In this document: positions 9,102-19,337 of the stretch, piece by piece
Numbering within the stretch: the first letter of the stretch is position 1
Layout: every line of letters starts with the position of its first letter
NCBI GenBank assembly: GCA_041736175.1
Contig: JBGSUI010000193.1
Span: forward strand, 17,446-81,445
Direction: 5' to 3'
DNA from: Oligoflexales bacterium
GTDB taxonomy: Bacteria > Bdellovibrionota_B > Oligoflexia > Oligoflexales > CAIYRB01
Length of the DNA: 64,000 nt
Translations under genes and position numbers: made by a program
The notes under the pieces: model-generated
What the model was told of the DNA's origin: nothing
The model's database searches: none
The model's input: only the letters and a program-made list of their open reading frames with translations

Positions 9102-10295
9102 TTAAGACAGGTAGCCTCGGACCCGCAGCGCCACCTGTTCTAGGACTTTCAAAATGCGGTGGGCATCTTCGAGAGTGTTATCATGGCTTAAGCTAATTCG
9201 AATGGAGTTGACCGCCACCCATTCGGTAAGCCCTAGGGCAAGCACCACATGGCTCGGACGGGCAGACCCTGAAGAGCAGGCGCTCCCGCTGGAGACCTGG
9301 ATGCCTTCAAGGTCGAAGTTTAACAAAATATCGTCTCCAGGGACCTGATCGATATGAAAGTGCACCGTGTTGGGGAGAACTGCACCGGGACCGGCGCCAT
9401 GGACATGGCCTCCACGGATCGAGGAAATACCAGAAACAAGGACTCTTCGGACCTCTTGCATATGGGAGGTGGTGGCTAGCTCCTTACCTCGGATCTCCTG
9501 GCAGCGCAGACCAAAGGACAAGATCCCAGGTATATTCTCCGTACCTGGACGTCGCCCCCTCTCCTGGCCGCCACCCGCCATAAACAAGGCTAGGCGACTG
9601 GTTGCCTTTAAATACAAGGCACCAACGCCTTTATAGGCTCCGATCTTATGGCCAGAAAAAGACGCACTATCCACCTGGGACTTGCCTAACCACTCAAGAG
9701 AGTATTTACCGAGGAGTTGGACCGCATCGGTATGGAAGTGGGCCTTTGGAGCAACTCCCTTGACAACACCAATCAACTCACTGATTTCGTTAATACTTCC
9801 AACTTCATTATTGGCATACATCACACAGACCAAGGCCGTGTCAGGCCTCAACTTAGGCAAAAGAGCCTCAGGAAGGACCTGGCCATGGGGACTGACAGGA
9901 ATAATCTCCAGCTCGATCTCTCCCCGACTCGCTAAGACCCGTGCAGGCTCTAACACCGAAGGGTGCTCCACCGCTGATACAAGCACATGGGGACGCTTGG
10001 ATCCGGCTCGGGATGGATCTTGCGCATCGATACGAGCTTTTGTCGCCAGCCCTTGGAGGACCATGTTGTTAGACTCCGTCGCGCCAGACGTAAAGATAAT
10101 TTCCAGTGACTTACACCCAACCAGGAGAGAGACCCGTTCGCGGGCTTGTTCCAAGGCTACCTTTGCTTTACGCCCTTGAGAATGAATCGATGAAGGGTTT
10201 CCATCGACCTGCTTAAGCAGGTTTGCCACTTCGTCGTAATGCTGGGACGGAACGGGATAGGTTGCATTGGCGTCTGCGTAGATGGATGAGATCAC
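9102..10295 (-). CDS. iscS: Cysteine desulfurase, IscS/NifS family
   Basis: IYADANAT, GNPSSIH, FTSGATESNN, HTDAVQ, SGHK (PLP Lys), SSGSACSS (catalytic Cys); probable GTG start at 10295. Confidence 0.93.
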   Translation of the reverse strand: MISSIYADANATYPVPSQHYDEVANLLKQVDGNPSSIHSQGRKAKVALEQARERVSLLVGCKSLEIIFTSGATESNNMVLQGLATKARIDAQDPSRAGSKRPHVLVSAVEHPSVLEPARVLASRGEIELEIIPVSPHGQVLPEALLPKLRPDTALVCVMYANNEVGSINEISELIGVVKGVAPKAHFHTDAVQLLGKYSLEWLGKSQVDSASFSGHKIGAYKGVGALYLKATSRLALFMAGGGQERGRRPGTENIPGILSFGLRCQEIRGKELATTSHMQEVRRVLVSGISSIRGGHVHGAGPGAVLPNTVHFHIDQVPGDDILLNFDLEGIQVSSGSACSSGSARPSHVVLALGLTEWVAVNSIRISLSHDNTLEDAHRILKVLEQVALRVRGYLS

Positions 10296-10404
10296 TTTTA
10301 ATCCTTGACCTAGAGAAAATGAAACGCAAAAATAGGCTCCCTTATGAACCAAAATCGCTAATTTTGCAAGCCTAATTTGGTAACCTACGAAAGCCAATTC
10401 AGTT

Positions 10405-11643
10405 TTAAAAATCCTCAATCCGGTGCAACTCTAATACAGTCGACAAAACCCGCTTTCTTGCGGACTTAAGCTGAGACTTCTTGTACTGATCATGGTTCGC
10501 TGCCCCTGTGGCAGCTTGGTCAAAGGATTCCTGATCCATGATTTGGATCTCAAAGGGAAAAAACACCTCCGAGTCCATATGGGCTGCGGTGGAATACCAA
10601 CCACCAATCCAATCATCGAGATGGGAAAGTGGCGAACCAACTCCCATAGGCTGAGGAGATTCACGGATTTTTTGCAGCCATTCAAACCCATCATAAAAGA
10701 ACTTAACCAAAAACCTTCCCGTTAACTGCACCGAGCGATAGGTCTCAAGGGAGTGGGGATTCACAGAACCAACCTCGCCCAGCGGGGCCGCAATCTGTAA
10801 TCGGCTCACGGACTCCTCAAATGCCTGTGCATCGATCACCCCTTGCAATAGCTTGCTTCTAAGGTCCTCGATCTGAATCTTAAACAAATTAAAATCGATG
10901 AGATTATTGCGCGACCTTGAGGGATACACATTTGGGTACACCAAGACGTTACACTGCCTAAGACCTTTGATCACCAATGGAACGTCGATCAACTTAGCGA
11001 CCACGATGCGTATCCCAACATAGTCATAGATCGATTCAGCAACATTATTGCGTTTATGAAGCAACTTCAAAACAATAGAATCTCGGGGCTTAACTTCTTT
11101 CCATTGGAGACCATTAATGTTGACCGAAAAATCCTCCTTCCCCAAACAGAGCTGTCCTCCCTCAGAGCGCGTTACAAATTGGCGTATGTGACTAAAGATC
11201 TGGTCCCGCGCCACATCGAGATCCACTAGGCGATTGACGCCATCGATATGGGCAATGGTATGCATCACCCGCAGGACGGCACAAGCCCAAGCTTGGCATA
11301 GTGGCGTCTCGCTTTGGATGCCCGAGGCCCAAAGGATCAGCCAACGAGCATCTTGGCAGTCCTCTAACTTGGGAGGGGGTCGCAGCCCTTGGGCCCACTG
11401 CTTTCGCGTCACGAGGTGGCGTTGGATAAAGGCCATGGCTTCGACCATGGCACTATGGATCATTTTTTGGTCTCGGGGCGTCTCAGGATCATAGCCGTAA
11501 GCAGCTAAAAACTCTGTTGCTTGCTGCCAGTTTTGTATCCCCAAAGCCTGAAGGTCTATGGGCGAACTCCCACCGAGCAGGACGTCAAAAACCGGCCACT
11601 GAAAATTCCAACGTTCTACCAGGGCATTTTTTTCCAGTGTCAT
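10405..11643 (-). CDS. TIGR04552-like protein (RelA/SpoT-like nucleotidyltransferase fold)
   Basis: KLLHK..NVAESIYDYVGIRIV, PSRSRNNL, NPHS...YRSVQLT, FFPFEIQIMD; start at 11643 with RBS GGAGG. Confidence 0.75.
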   Translation of the reverse strand: MTLEKNALVERWNFQWPVFDVLLGGSSPIDLQALGIQNWQQATEFLAAYGYDPETPRDQKMIHSAMVEAMAFIQRHLVTRKQWAQGLRPPPKLEDCQDARWLILWASGIQSETPLCQAWACAVLRVMHTIAHIDGVNRLVDLDVARDQIFSHIRQFVTRSEGGQLCLGKEDFSVNINGLQWKEVKPRDSIVLKLLHKRNNVAESIYDYVGIRIVVAKLIDVPLVIKGLRQCNVLVYPNVYPSRSRNNLIDFNLFKIQIEDLRSKLLQGVIDAQAFEESVSRLQIAAPLGEVGSVNPHSLETYRSVQLTGRFLVKFFYDGFEWLQKIRESPQPMGVGSPLSHLDDWIGGWYSTAAHMDSEVFFPFEIQIMDQESFDQAATGAANHDQYKKSQLKSARKRVLSTVLELHRIEDF

Positions 11644-11731
11644 CGAAAGGTACCTCCACTTTCCTGCCCATGATAGGCTTGTTAGGAGGGAGATTATCTC
11701 CTTAACCCAATCCTTCAGCAAAGCTTTCCCA

Positions 11732-12370
11732 ATGGTTTATTTAACGATCCCCCTAACAATCGTGTTTTTTACCCTTTCCTTAAAGGCGTTAGGCAAGTCC
11801 GATCCTGCGAAACCACCAGAACACGGCGGGGGAAAGGACTCCGCCAAGCCGGCTCCTAAGGAATCGCCCCCTCTTGAGGCCGAACCTAAAATCGAAGGCC
11901 CCGATGCCAAAAACGCACTCGGAACGTCGGCTCCCACGCGCTATGTTCATCAATGGATCCCCATGCCAAAACTCGTAGCCACAGACCTCAGATCACAAGA
12001 TGGCGTTTCCATCTCCACCCGTAAAGGTCGATCGATGGTCGTTTTTTTCATCGCCTCGTGGTGCGAACCTTGTCAAAACATCAGTGGTCAACTGTTAAAT
12101 CTCACCAGTCGCTTTAGTCGCTTGCCAGTAGACTTTTATTTTGTTTTTAGCCACGACACCCTGGAAGATGCCCGGGGATTTATGGCTGAACACAAGATCC
12201 CTCAGGGTTACTTGGCAGAATTTGCGACCTTAAAAAACTTCAACAACCCGGAACTCCCCAGCATCTATGTTGGAGACCGCCAGGGCTGGCTCCTCACCCG
12301 CAAGCTCAAGGCAGAACCTAAGGATATCAGAGATCTGCAAGAAACTCTGGAGTACCTCACCGCCTTTTGA
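11732..12370 (+). CDS. TlpA/thioredoxin-like redoxin
   Basis: N-terminal hydrophobic segment; FFIASWCEPC CxxC motif; ELP cis-Pro region. Confidence 0.8.
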   Translation: MVYLTIPLTIVFFTLSLKALGKSDPAKPPEHGGGKDSAKPAPKESPPLEAEPKIEGPDAKNALGTSAPTRYVHQWIPMPKLVATDLRSQDGVSISTRKGRSMVVFFIASWCEPCQNISGQLLNLTSRFSRLPVDFYFVFSHDTLEDARGFMAEHKIPQGYLAEFATLKNFNNPELPSIYVGDRQGWLLTRKLKAEPKDIRDLQETLEYLTAF

Positions 12371-12399
12371 GAGGGGAGCCTGTCCAGATAAAAGGCTCT

Positions 12400-12771
12400 T
12401 TACCTGGATTTCCCTGAATCAAGGCTTGCCGAAGACTGGACCATCTCTGGGACCCAACGAAGCCTGATCTTAACAAAATCGTATTCTTTATCGGCCTTGT
12501 TTTGATTCAAAAAACTACCCATAGGCGCCTTGCGGTTACCACCGATGTCAGCAGCATCAAAGTCAAGTTTAGTTGCATCGCGAGATTTTATGGTTTTTTC
12601 CCGAGAAAGATGTTTTTCTCGCACAACACCCGACCGCGCTTTAGATTTAGCAGCGCCTTGGCCGTAAGCTGTTGAATCTAAGTGTAAAAAGGACAAGAGA
12701 AGAGCCCCAGCAGTCACAAAGATCATCAACACGTTTTGTCGGCATTTTTGAGAATACATGATTGTTAGCAT
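12400..12771 (-). CDS. Secreted protein resembling the gliding motility protein CglF/GltF
   Basis: Signal peptide; C-terminal TKLDFDAADIGGNRKAPMGSFL...FVKIRLRWVPEMVQS resembles the CglF pattern as recalled; start uncertain. Confidence 0.55.
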   Translation of the reverse strand: MLTIMYSQKCRQNVLMIFVTAGALLLSFLHLDSTAYGQGAAKSKARSGVVREKHLSREKTIKSRDATKLDFDAADIGGNRKAPMGSFLNQNKADKEYDFVKIRLRWVPEMVQSSASLDSGKSR

Positions 12772-12936
12772 AAATACCCCCGTATGATGTAAAGACACCC
12801 CTATAAGTATCGGTCAAACAACTTGAAAACTTAAACGATTTTTAGCTAGTAAACTAAGTATTTTGATATGACTCCATTAGACCGGGTATAATCATATCAG
12901 GCTTCGAATTAAAAACTACTTACTGTTTGAATACTT

Positions 12937-13935
12937 ATGAACACTAAAATCTCAATCATTTTCCACATCCTCCTAGCTTTTGCGGGCCCCGCTCAAGCCG
13001 TCGCACTCAAGCCCCATAGCGCGCCCTTTATTCGGGCTAACCAACAAATAAATCAAATGAAGTTAAGTCCCAAAGGTCGCTATCTTGCCTATACGGACGA
13101 TACCGGCCTCGGGCTTAACGTCCTTGACCTTAACACAAAAGATATCTACCGGGTCACCGAAGCCAAAGTAGGACTGTCTTTTTTTTGGACCCCAGATGGT
13201 TTTCGGCTCTTTTACCGGGAGTTGGTAAGACCGCCCCTCAAGCCGGCCCACAGCGACCAGGAGAGGGAGCTGGCTGATTTGGACCGGGATGCTCCGATCG
13301 AAAGCAAGATCAAAGCCTTTGACTGTTCCGTGGCCCGTAATATTGAAATCGACAAAATTGCCCGCTCTTCGGGATACCTTACCTTTGACCCTCGCGACCT
13401 GAGATTTTTGTTGATGTCCGAATCGGGGATTCACACCAAAAAGATCTATATTCCCAACCAACGCCTAGCCCTCTGGCAAATAGCCGGTCGCCACGAACGA
13501 GGTAAGTGGTTGGCAACCCAGAAGGGGATCCTATGGGTCACCCAAGGGGGGCTTTCCCTGCGGCGGATGGAAGATGACCAAACAGAACTAGAGTCTTTTG
13601 ATATTTCTCCTGATGGCCAATGGATCGCCTGGGGAACCAAAGGCAACAAAATCTATGCCTCACGAGAAGGAAAAAAACCCGAATTTATCGATTATGGCCG
13701 AGAACCACGGTGGCACCCTACCCGTCACATCATCGTCTTTGCGGGAGCCCGTATGGTCGGCAATAAACCAGTTAATTTTGATCTCAAGATCGCTGACTCC
13801 AAGGGGCAGTCTAAATTTTTGACATCAACACAATACTCCAGCGAGAGGTCTCCCCAATGGCATAAAGGTGGCGACAAACTCCTCTATACGGTAGAAAATA
13901 CCACAGACCTGTATCTTATGGATTTTAGACCATGA
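12937..13935 (+). CDS. TolB-like beta-propeller periplasmic protein
   Basis: Signal peptide AQA; repeated SPKG/TPDG/SPDG/PRWHP/PQWH blade motifs. Confidence 0.8.
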   Translation: MNTKISIIFHILLAFAGPAQAVALKPHSAPFIRANQQINQMKLSPKGRYLAYTDDTGLGLNVLDLNTKDIYRVTEAKVGLSFFWTPDGFRLFYRELVRPPLKPAHSDQERELADLDRDAPIESKIKAFDCSVARNIEIDKIARSSGYLTFDPRDLRFLLMSESGIHTKKIYIPNQRLALWQIAGRHERGKWLATQKGILWVTQGGLSLRRMEDDQTELESFDISPDGQWIAWGTKGNKIYASREGKKPEFIDYGREPRWHPTRHIIVFAGARMVGNKPVNFDLKIADSKGQSKFLTSTQYSSERSPQWHKGGDKLLYTVENTTDLYLMDFRP

Positions 13936-14882
13936 GTGCCCTACTCAAAGGCGCTGCTACGATCGCCCTCCTCAGTGGCGAAATCTCCATCAGTAAGCGG
14001 ATCGATATCCTTACGCCCTACTTCGAACCCAGACCCGGGCAAACTATCGAAGTTGACGCCGCTGATCTCCGGGATTATGGCAAAGGCAAAACTAATCCAC
14101 TCAATCTAAGAGGGTTTATTAAAGTCTCACCACCCAAAAACACCTGTTTTACGGTAACCAGAAACCTGGATGAACGAGATGATAAAATATGTAAACCTAA
14201 GATTTTAAGTTTCACTCTCAGAGATCTTCAAAAAAATGGCAACATCGTCTGGACCATCAAAACCAGTCCCCAAGATTTCGGTACCGAACTGGTTTGGAAG
14301 ACTCCCTACCGGATGGCAGTGGTTGTTCCCGACATCAAACCCCACAAACACACGGTCGACTATAAGCTCATTGCCTCTTGTAAAGCCCAACGGGAAGGGC
14401 CCCTCGGACGAAAAATCACCCTGGATTTTTTTGATGGCGATACCTGGATCATCGACTTCCCCGAGAATGATGAGCTCCTGCCACAGCCCGAGGCGATTCC
14501 TAATCTTTATATGGCTATCGCTAACTCAAAAGCAGGCGTCCCCAATAAAAAAAAGGCCGATGACGCAGGGACTGCTACCGAATCCTCCACCAACACCAGC
14601 ACGGCAACCGGCACCCAAGTGGTGACGACCAAAGCCGAAGGTGAGGCTCTCGACCAAATGGACGATCGGGCGATTTGGGGGATTCCGGCGCGCAATAGCT
14701 ACCGAATGGATGGCTACCGGTTTATGCCTTTTGGGACGACCACCAAGTGGTTTAAGGGGCAGTGCCGCTATACCTACCGCGGATCCGATGATGACCCCGA
14801 CACGGGGCGTATCGAGTGCCATGATGTGGATGGCTTTGACGAAGTCAATATGCCGCTGATCTGCCTTAAAGATCTAAGATAA
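13932..14882 (+). CDS. Hypothetical protein
   Basis: 316-aa ORF with an ATGA overlap with the upstream gene. Confidence 0.65.
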   Translation: MSALLKGAATIALLSGEISISKRIDILTPYFEPRPGQTIEVDAADLRDYGKGKTNPLNLRGFIKVSPPKNTCFTVTRNLDERDDKICKPKILSFTLRDLQKNGNIVWTIKTSPQDFGTELVWKTPYRMAVVVPDIKPHKHTVDYKLIASCKAQREGPLGRKITLDFFDGDTWIIDFPENDELLPQPEAIPNLYMAIANSKAGVPNKKKADDAGTATESSTNTSTATGTQVVTTKAEGEALDQMDDRAIWGIPARNSYRMDGYRFMPFGTTTKWFKGQCRYTYRGSDDDPDTGRIECHDVDGFDEVNMPLICLKDLR

Positions 14883-15028
14883 TCGGCTAACAACTCAAAA
14901 TCATGAATATTTTTAGTTTCTCGTCATGCTAACCCCAACTCATGCCGATGCTAAACCAGACAGGGCGTTGGCATAGAGACAATTTAAACTTATGCCAATC
15001 ATCATAAACCAGCTGTTTTTGGTTAATC

Positions 15029-16249
15029 ATGAAGGCATACAAGAAACCACATCATAGGATCAGAGCAAGTATCTCAGCTGAGATCTTATGTTTAATCTTG
15101 TTTAGCATTTTATGTCCGAACATTGGTCAATCCCAGACTTCCACCGCACCAGAAGAGACCGACACCCCTGACCAACGAGTCAAAAACGTACTCGATGATC
15201 ACCTTATACCCTCGGCACGGGGAGCCGCTCTTTCCGGTGCGTTAGTAACATCCGCAGACGACTTGGATGCGGCTGTCTACAATCCTGCAGGGATTGGGGG
15301 GCTCAATTGGGGCAAACAAAAGACACCCTGGATCCGCAAGCTTTATTTCCCGTGGATAGGAGGTTCGGCAAACCAAAACTCCACCACACTTTCCAAAGAG
15401 TTTAGCTCCGCGGGAGGGGACGGCGACCGAGCCGTCGGTAAGTCAGTCTTAGCTGCTCATGCTGGAAAACGCCAGTATGCCCGAGCAAACGCCCTCTTTG
15501 GACTGGTTTTTGGCAGAACTCTGCTGATACCAATCAATGACACCCAGGTGGCCGCTACATCCCAAACCCAAGAAGGTTTGATCGATGGCCACTACCGCGG
15601 GATGACTGGTTTTGCCGGTGGTTTTAGTGCACAGACGACCGACGGATCCCTCTCTGTGGGTTACTTGGGTTATAGCGTCAATCGAACCGACGTCGAAGGC
15701 ACCTTTAACTACGACGATATGCTGGACTCTTCAGCTCGCAGCCAAGCACTTAGTGCTGCTCGGGTCAAGTCCCAGGGGTCAGGGCACCATGGGGGCATGA
15801 TCTGGAAGCTTGGCAAAACCTGGTCGCCCACCCTGGGGATTGCCCTACGAGATATTGGCGGGACGACCTTTGCGTCCAAAACAGAGGGTGCCCCCAACCA
15901 AAAGCTCCCCCAAGACGCATCCCTCGGGATCTCCTTTGGGCCCAGTTTTAAAAGCAGCGGGGGAGTGATGTTGACGCTGCAAGGCGATCGATTGTTCGAT
16001 CCCGAGGTTTCCCTCTCAAAAAAATACCGGGTCGGTCTTGAGCTCTCCCTCGGGGGAGCAGGCTCCTATAGCACCTTTGCCCTCAGGGCTGGTGCCACCC
16101 AAGCGGGACCTTCTGGCGGTTTGGCTCTCAATCTTGGACTGATCGGATTTAATGTAGGGGCCCACTCTGTGGATATCGGAGCTGTGAACCAGCGGGTGAT
16201 CGAAACCCGGGCCGTCGCAGATGTCTATGTGAATGTGGCTGAATTCTGA
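15029..16249 (+). CDS. Outer-membrane beta-barrel protein (TraF_2/FadL-like N-terminus)
   Basis: SARGAALSGA..TSADDLDAAVYNPAG motif, amphipathic strands, terminal Phe. Confidence 0.7.
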   Translation: MKAYKKPHHRIRASISAEILCLILFSILCPNIGQSQTSTAPEETDTPDQRVKNVLDDHLIPSARGAALSGALVTSADDLDAAVYNPAGIGGLNWGKQKTPWIRKLYFPWIGGSANQNSTTLSKEFSSAGGDGDRAVGKSVLAAHAGKRQYARANALFGLVFGRTLLIPINDTQVAATSQTQEGLIDGHYRGMTGFAGGFSAQTTDGSLSVGYLGYSVNRTDVEGTFNYDDMLDSSARSQALSAARVKSQGSGHHGGMIWKLGKTWSPTLGIALRDIGGTTFASKTEGAPNQKLPQDASLGISFGPSFKSSGGVMLTLQGDRLFDPEVSLSKKYRVGLELSLGGAGSYSTFALRAGATQAGPSGGLALNLGLIGFNVGAHSVDIGAVNQRVIETRAVADVYVNVAEF

Positions 16250-16354
16250 TCGACAAGATCACATCTCCGGAATACGTTGGCCCGTGACAGCAAAACTTTG
16301 GTAGACTGATCTGAGTCGCCAGCCATCTGCACCCAGCATTGACGATGGTGTCCT

Positions 16355-17014
16355 ATGCTAAGCGTAAACAAAGTCAGTTTTGGGTTTCCCCATCGACCAA
16401 TCTTACGAGATTTTAGTCTGACCGTCCAAAAGGGAGAGCTGGTCCATATCTCCGGGCCCAATGGCGCCGGGAAATCCACCTTGATGTCGCTTATTGCAGG
16501 ATTGATTCCGGTCGATCGGGGGTCCATCACCTATACCGACCCTGCTGGCCAAGAAGTGGATGATCGGCGCTGGTGGATCGAATACGTGCCCGCCGAAGCT
16601 AATGGCTTGTTTCCTAAGATGAATGCTCTCCAAAATCTTAGCTTTTGGGCCAAACTAAGGGGGCACAGCCAATCCCCCAAGGATCTAGAAAAGTCCCTGG
16701 TCGCCGAACTCAAATTTTGGGGTCTTAGCCACCCTCTCTTACTAGGTCCATTTCCCGTCGAAAAATACTCCACCGGGATGAAACGACGTTTAGCCCTGGC
16801 CCGGCTCACACTCTCCCAGACACCCTGCTGGCTCCTGGATGAGCCCGTCTATGGCCTCGATGCTGCGGCGACGGAAACCTTTCGAAACATCCTCGACCAG
16901 CATCTCAAAGGAGGCGGCCTCGCGGTGATGATCAGCCACGACCTTGCCGCTTTAAAAGATCTTTCCTACCGTAAAATGGTCCTTAACGGCGATCATGGGG
17001 AGACCCCTCCTTGA
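16355..17014 (+). CDS. ccmA: Haem exporter ATP-binding subunit CcmA
   Basis: GPNGAGKST, YSTGMKRRLALARL, WLLDEP; ccm gene context. Confidence 0.9.
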   Translation: MLSVNKVSFGFPHRPILRDFSLTVQKGELVHISGPNGAGKSTLMSLIAGLIPVDRGSITYTDPAGQEVDDRRWWIEYVPAEANGLFPKMNALQNLSFWAKLRGHSQSPKDLEKSLVAELKFWGLSHPLLLGPFPVEKYSTGMKRRLALARLTLSQTPCWLLDEPVYGLDAAATETFRNILDQHLKGGGLAVMISHDLAALKDLSYRKMVLNGDHGETPP

Positions 17015-17724
17015 ACTCAACGACGACACCTTGGACTTTGTTTTGGAAGCAATACCGGATTTTCCTGCACCATGGTCTCAAGGCTGAGCTTGCGGACTTA
17101 GAGCGGATCATTTCGCCGGTCCTCTTTTCTGTGACGATGCTTCTGGTCTTTTCTTTTGCCCTAGGGGATGTGGATCCAAGCATGAAAGCTAAGGTCTACC
17201 TAGCCCAAACCTTTGTCACCGCCCTCTTAGCCCTCCAGCTCAGCTTCTCACGCATCTTCGAACCCGATCGCCTTGACCGTGTGTTTGACCAAATCAGAAC
17301 CTACCCGATCAGCCCCACCGCTTGGTTTAGTGCCAAATACAGCCTTGTGGTCCTCCTCGGCAGCAGCACCCTGTTGCCCACGATTTTTTTTGGGGCTTTC
17401 CTCCATCAAACCGAAAAACAGCCTCTCTTCTCATGGAGTATCGTCCTTGTGGGCATGTTGGGACTGGCTGGTCTGGCCGCCATGGGGGTCCTCCTGGCGA
17501 CGATGACCTTAAAAGCTAACAGCCGCCAGCTCCTCTATCCCATTCTTTACTTTCCCTTGACCACGCCCGTGCTTTTGGCTGCTGTCAACGCTTCCGACCT
17601 GATTCTCCAAGAGGGTGCCATTAACGACCACAGTGCACCTTGGCTTTGGCTTTTGATCGGGTTTGATGTGATCTATACCACTTTAGGTGTCTTGCTTTAT
17701 CCTGAACTCGTGGAAGAAGGTTAA
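17011..17724 (+). CDS. ccmB: Haem exporter permease CcmB
   Basis: Multiple TM helices; LLYPILYFPLTTPVL; overlaps ccmA. Confidence 0.9.
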   Translation: MNSTTTPWTLFWKQYRIFLHHGLKAELADLERIISPVLFSVTMLLVFSFALGDVDPSMKAKVYLAQTFVTALLALQLSFSRIFEPDRLDRVFDQIRTYPISPTAWFSAKYSLVVLLGSSTLLPTIFFGAFLHQTEKQPLFSWSIVLVGMLGLAGLAAMGVLLATMTLKANSRQLLYPILYFPLTTPVLLAAVNASDLILQEGAINDHSAPWLWLLIGFDVIYTTLGVLLYPELVEEG

Positions 17725-17862
17725 GAACCCAAAACTATCAAGACTATAAAGATGCCACTGGAGGAACTCTAGGCAATTCGCTAAAGTGATAAGGTGACAA
17801 GCTCTAAATTTGCAAGCAATCCTCAAACTTTTCACACACCCCAGCATTAGGACCATCAGTCT

Positions 17863-18555
17863 ATGAGCCAGACTAAAGATTCAAGCGCCATCCTCTCAGG
17901 GCTTTTTTTCCTCTCGACGATGGCAGCTACCTGGTGCCTGGCTTTTTGGTATGCTCCAGTCGATGCCAATCAAGGAGAAGTTTACCGCATCATGTTTCTC
18001 CATGTGCCTAGCGCCTTTGCAGCTTTCTCCGCTTCTCTTGTAATCTTTCTGATTAGCCTCATCGGGTTTAAGTCCCGCAGCGAAGAGTCGCTCCTTTGGG
18101 CTCGGGCCACTGCCGAGGTCGGTCTGACGTTTACCATCCTAACCCTAGCCACGGGCTCCATCTGGGGCAAACCCACCTGGGGGACCTGGTGGACCTGGGA
18201 TGCACGGCTCACCACGACGTTTCTCCTTGCCCTTCTCTATGCTGGCTATCTCCTGCTCTACCAATCCATGGCGCCAGGCCCGGCCAGGGTCAAGGTTTGT
18301 GGCGCCCTCGGGATCCTCATCTTTATCGACGTCCCGATTATTTATAAAAGTGTGACTTGGTGGCGGACTCTTCACCAACCTCCTAGCATGCTCCGGGACG
18401 GCGGCTCGACCATGGATCCAGATATCCTCCGGACCTTGCTTTTATCGATCGTCGCAATGATCGGCGTCGGGGCCTGGCTCGTCTCCCAAAGAGGTCGTAA
18501 TTTAAAGATAAGATACGAATTGGAAACCCAGTCAATGGCCCAAATTGGGACCTGA
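17863..18555 (+). CDS. ccmC: Cytochrome c biogenesis protein CcmC
   Basis: HVPSA, TGSIWGKPTWGTWWTWDARLT (WWD domain), WWRTLHQ. Confidence 0.95.
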   Translation: MSQTKDSSAILSGLFFLSTMAATWCLAFWYAPVDANQGEVYRIMFLHVPSAFAAFSASLVIFLISLIGFKSRSEESLLWARATAEVGLTFTILTLATGSIWGKPTWGTWWTWDARLTTTFLLALLYAGYLLLYQSMAPGPARVKVCGALGILIFIDVPIIYKSVTWWRTLHQPPSMLRDGGSTMDPDILRTLLLSIVAMIGVGAWLVSQRGRNLKIRYELETQSMAQIGT

Positions 18556-18582
18556 TGTGATTTAAAATGAAGGAACCTCCCT

Positions 18583-18780
18583 ATGGATCAAACCATCAGC
18601 CCGAACACCAGCCCAACCACTAGCCAGCCTCCGACTTATGGCCCCAATACCGATCCGACCCCCTATATCGCGGGTGCCTATGTTTTCGGGCTATTTTTGA
18701 TTTTGGGGTTTGCGGGATTCATCCTGATAGAACGCCGTCATCTCCGTGGGTTAATGGCGGCGCTTAAGAAATCCTCATAA
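18583..18780 (+). CDS. ccmD: CcmD-like small membrane protein
   Basis: Single TM (YIAGAY...) followed by a basic tail; lies between ccmC and ccmE; RBS AAGGA. Confidence 0.7.
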   Translation: MDQTISPNTSPTTSQPPTYGPNTDPTPYIAGAYVFGLFLILGFAGFILIERRHLRGLMAALKKSS

Positions 18781-18872
18781 ATTCCGATCTATGGTGGGGG
18801 CCATCGGGAGTTAGCCCCCAAGACACAATCAAAAGACCTTTTAAGCAAACCATTGAACAAAGGGAGGTTCCC

Positions 18873-19328
18873 ATGGGCCAGAAAAAAAACTCGACAAGAT
18901 GGATTCTAGGGGCCGTCGTCATCGCTGGGGCCGTCATTGGTATGTCATTTTTGAGCCTTAACGACAACTTAGTCTACTTTTACACCACAGGAGAAGCTTT
19001 TGCTAAAGCTGAGGACCTCTCTAGCCAAAACATCAAAGTCGGTGGGATGGTCAAGGCTGGATCCGTCCAGTGGAAACCCGAGGAATTATCCCTTAACTTT
19101 GTGATGACCGATCTCAAACAGCATGAAATCGCTGTGTCCCATCGGGGCACTCCTCCTGATATGTTTAAAGAAAATCAGGGTGTTGTGGTGGAAGGCAAAA
19201 TCGACTCCAGCGGTAAGTCTATGACTTCGAAGCACTTGATGGTAAAACACTCGGAAGAGTACAAAAAACCAGGTGACCATTCAACCATGGATAAAGCGTT
19301 GCTGGAACGGTCGATGTTTAAAGAGTAA
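18873..19328 (+). CDS. ccmE: Haem chaperone CcmE
   Basis: LVYFYT, IKVGGMV, PPDMFKENQGVVVEG, KHSEEY (HxxxY). Confidence 0.95.
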   Translation: MGQKKNSTRWILGAVVIAGAVIGMSFLSLNDNLVYFYTTGEAFAKAEDLSSQNIKVGGMVKAGSVQWKPEELSLNFVMTDLKQHEIAVSHRGTPPDMFKENQGVVVEGKIDSSGKSMTSKHLMVKHSEEYKKPGDHSTMDKALLERSMFKE

Positions 19329-19337
19329 GGGGGCCCC

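Noticed and set aside
15029..16249. Conjugative element suggested by a TraF-like barrel
   Set aside because: No other tra, T4SS or relaxase genes; the context is housekeeping
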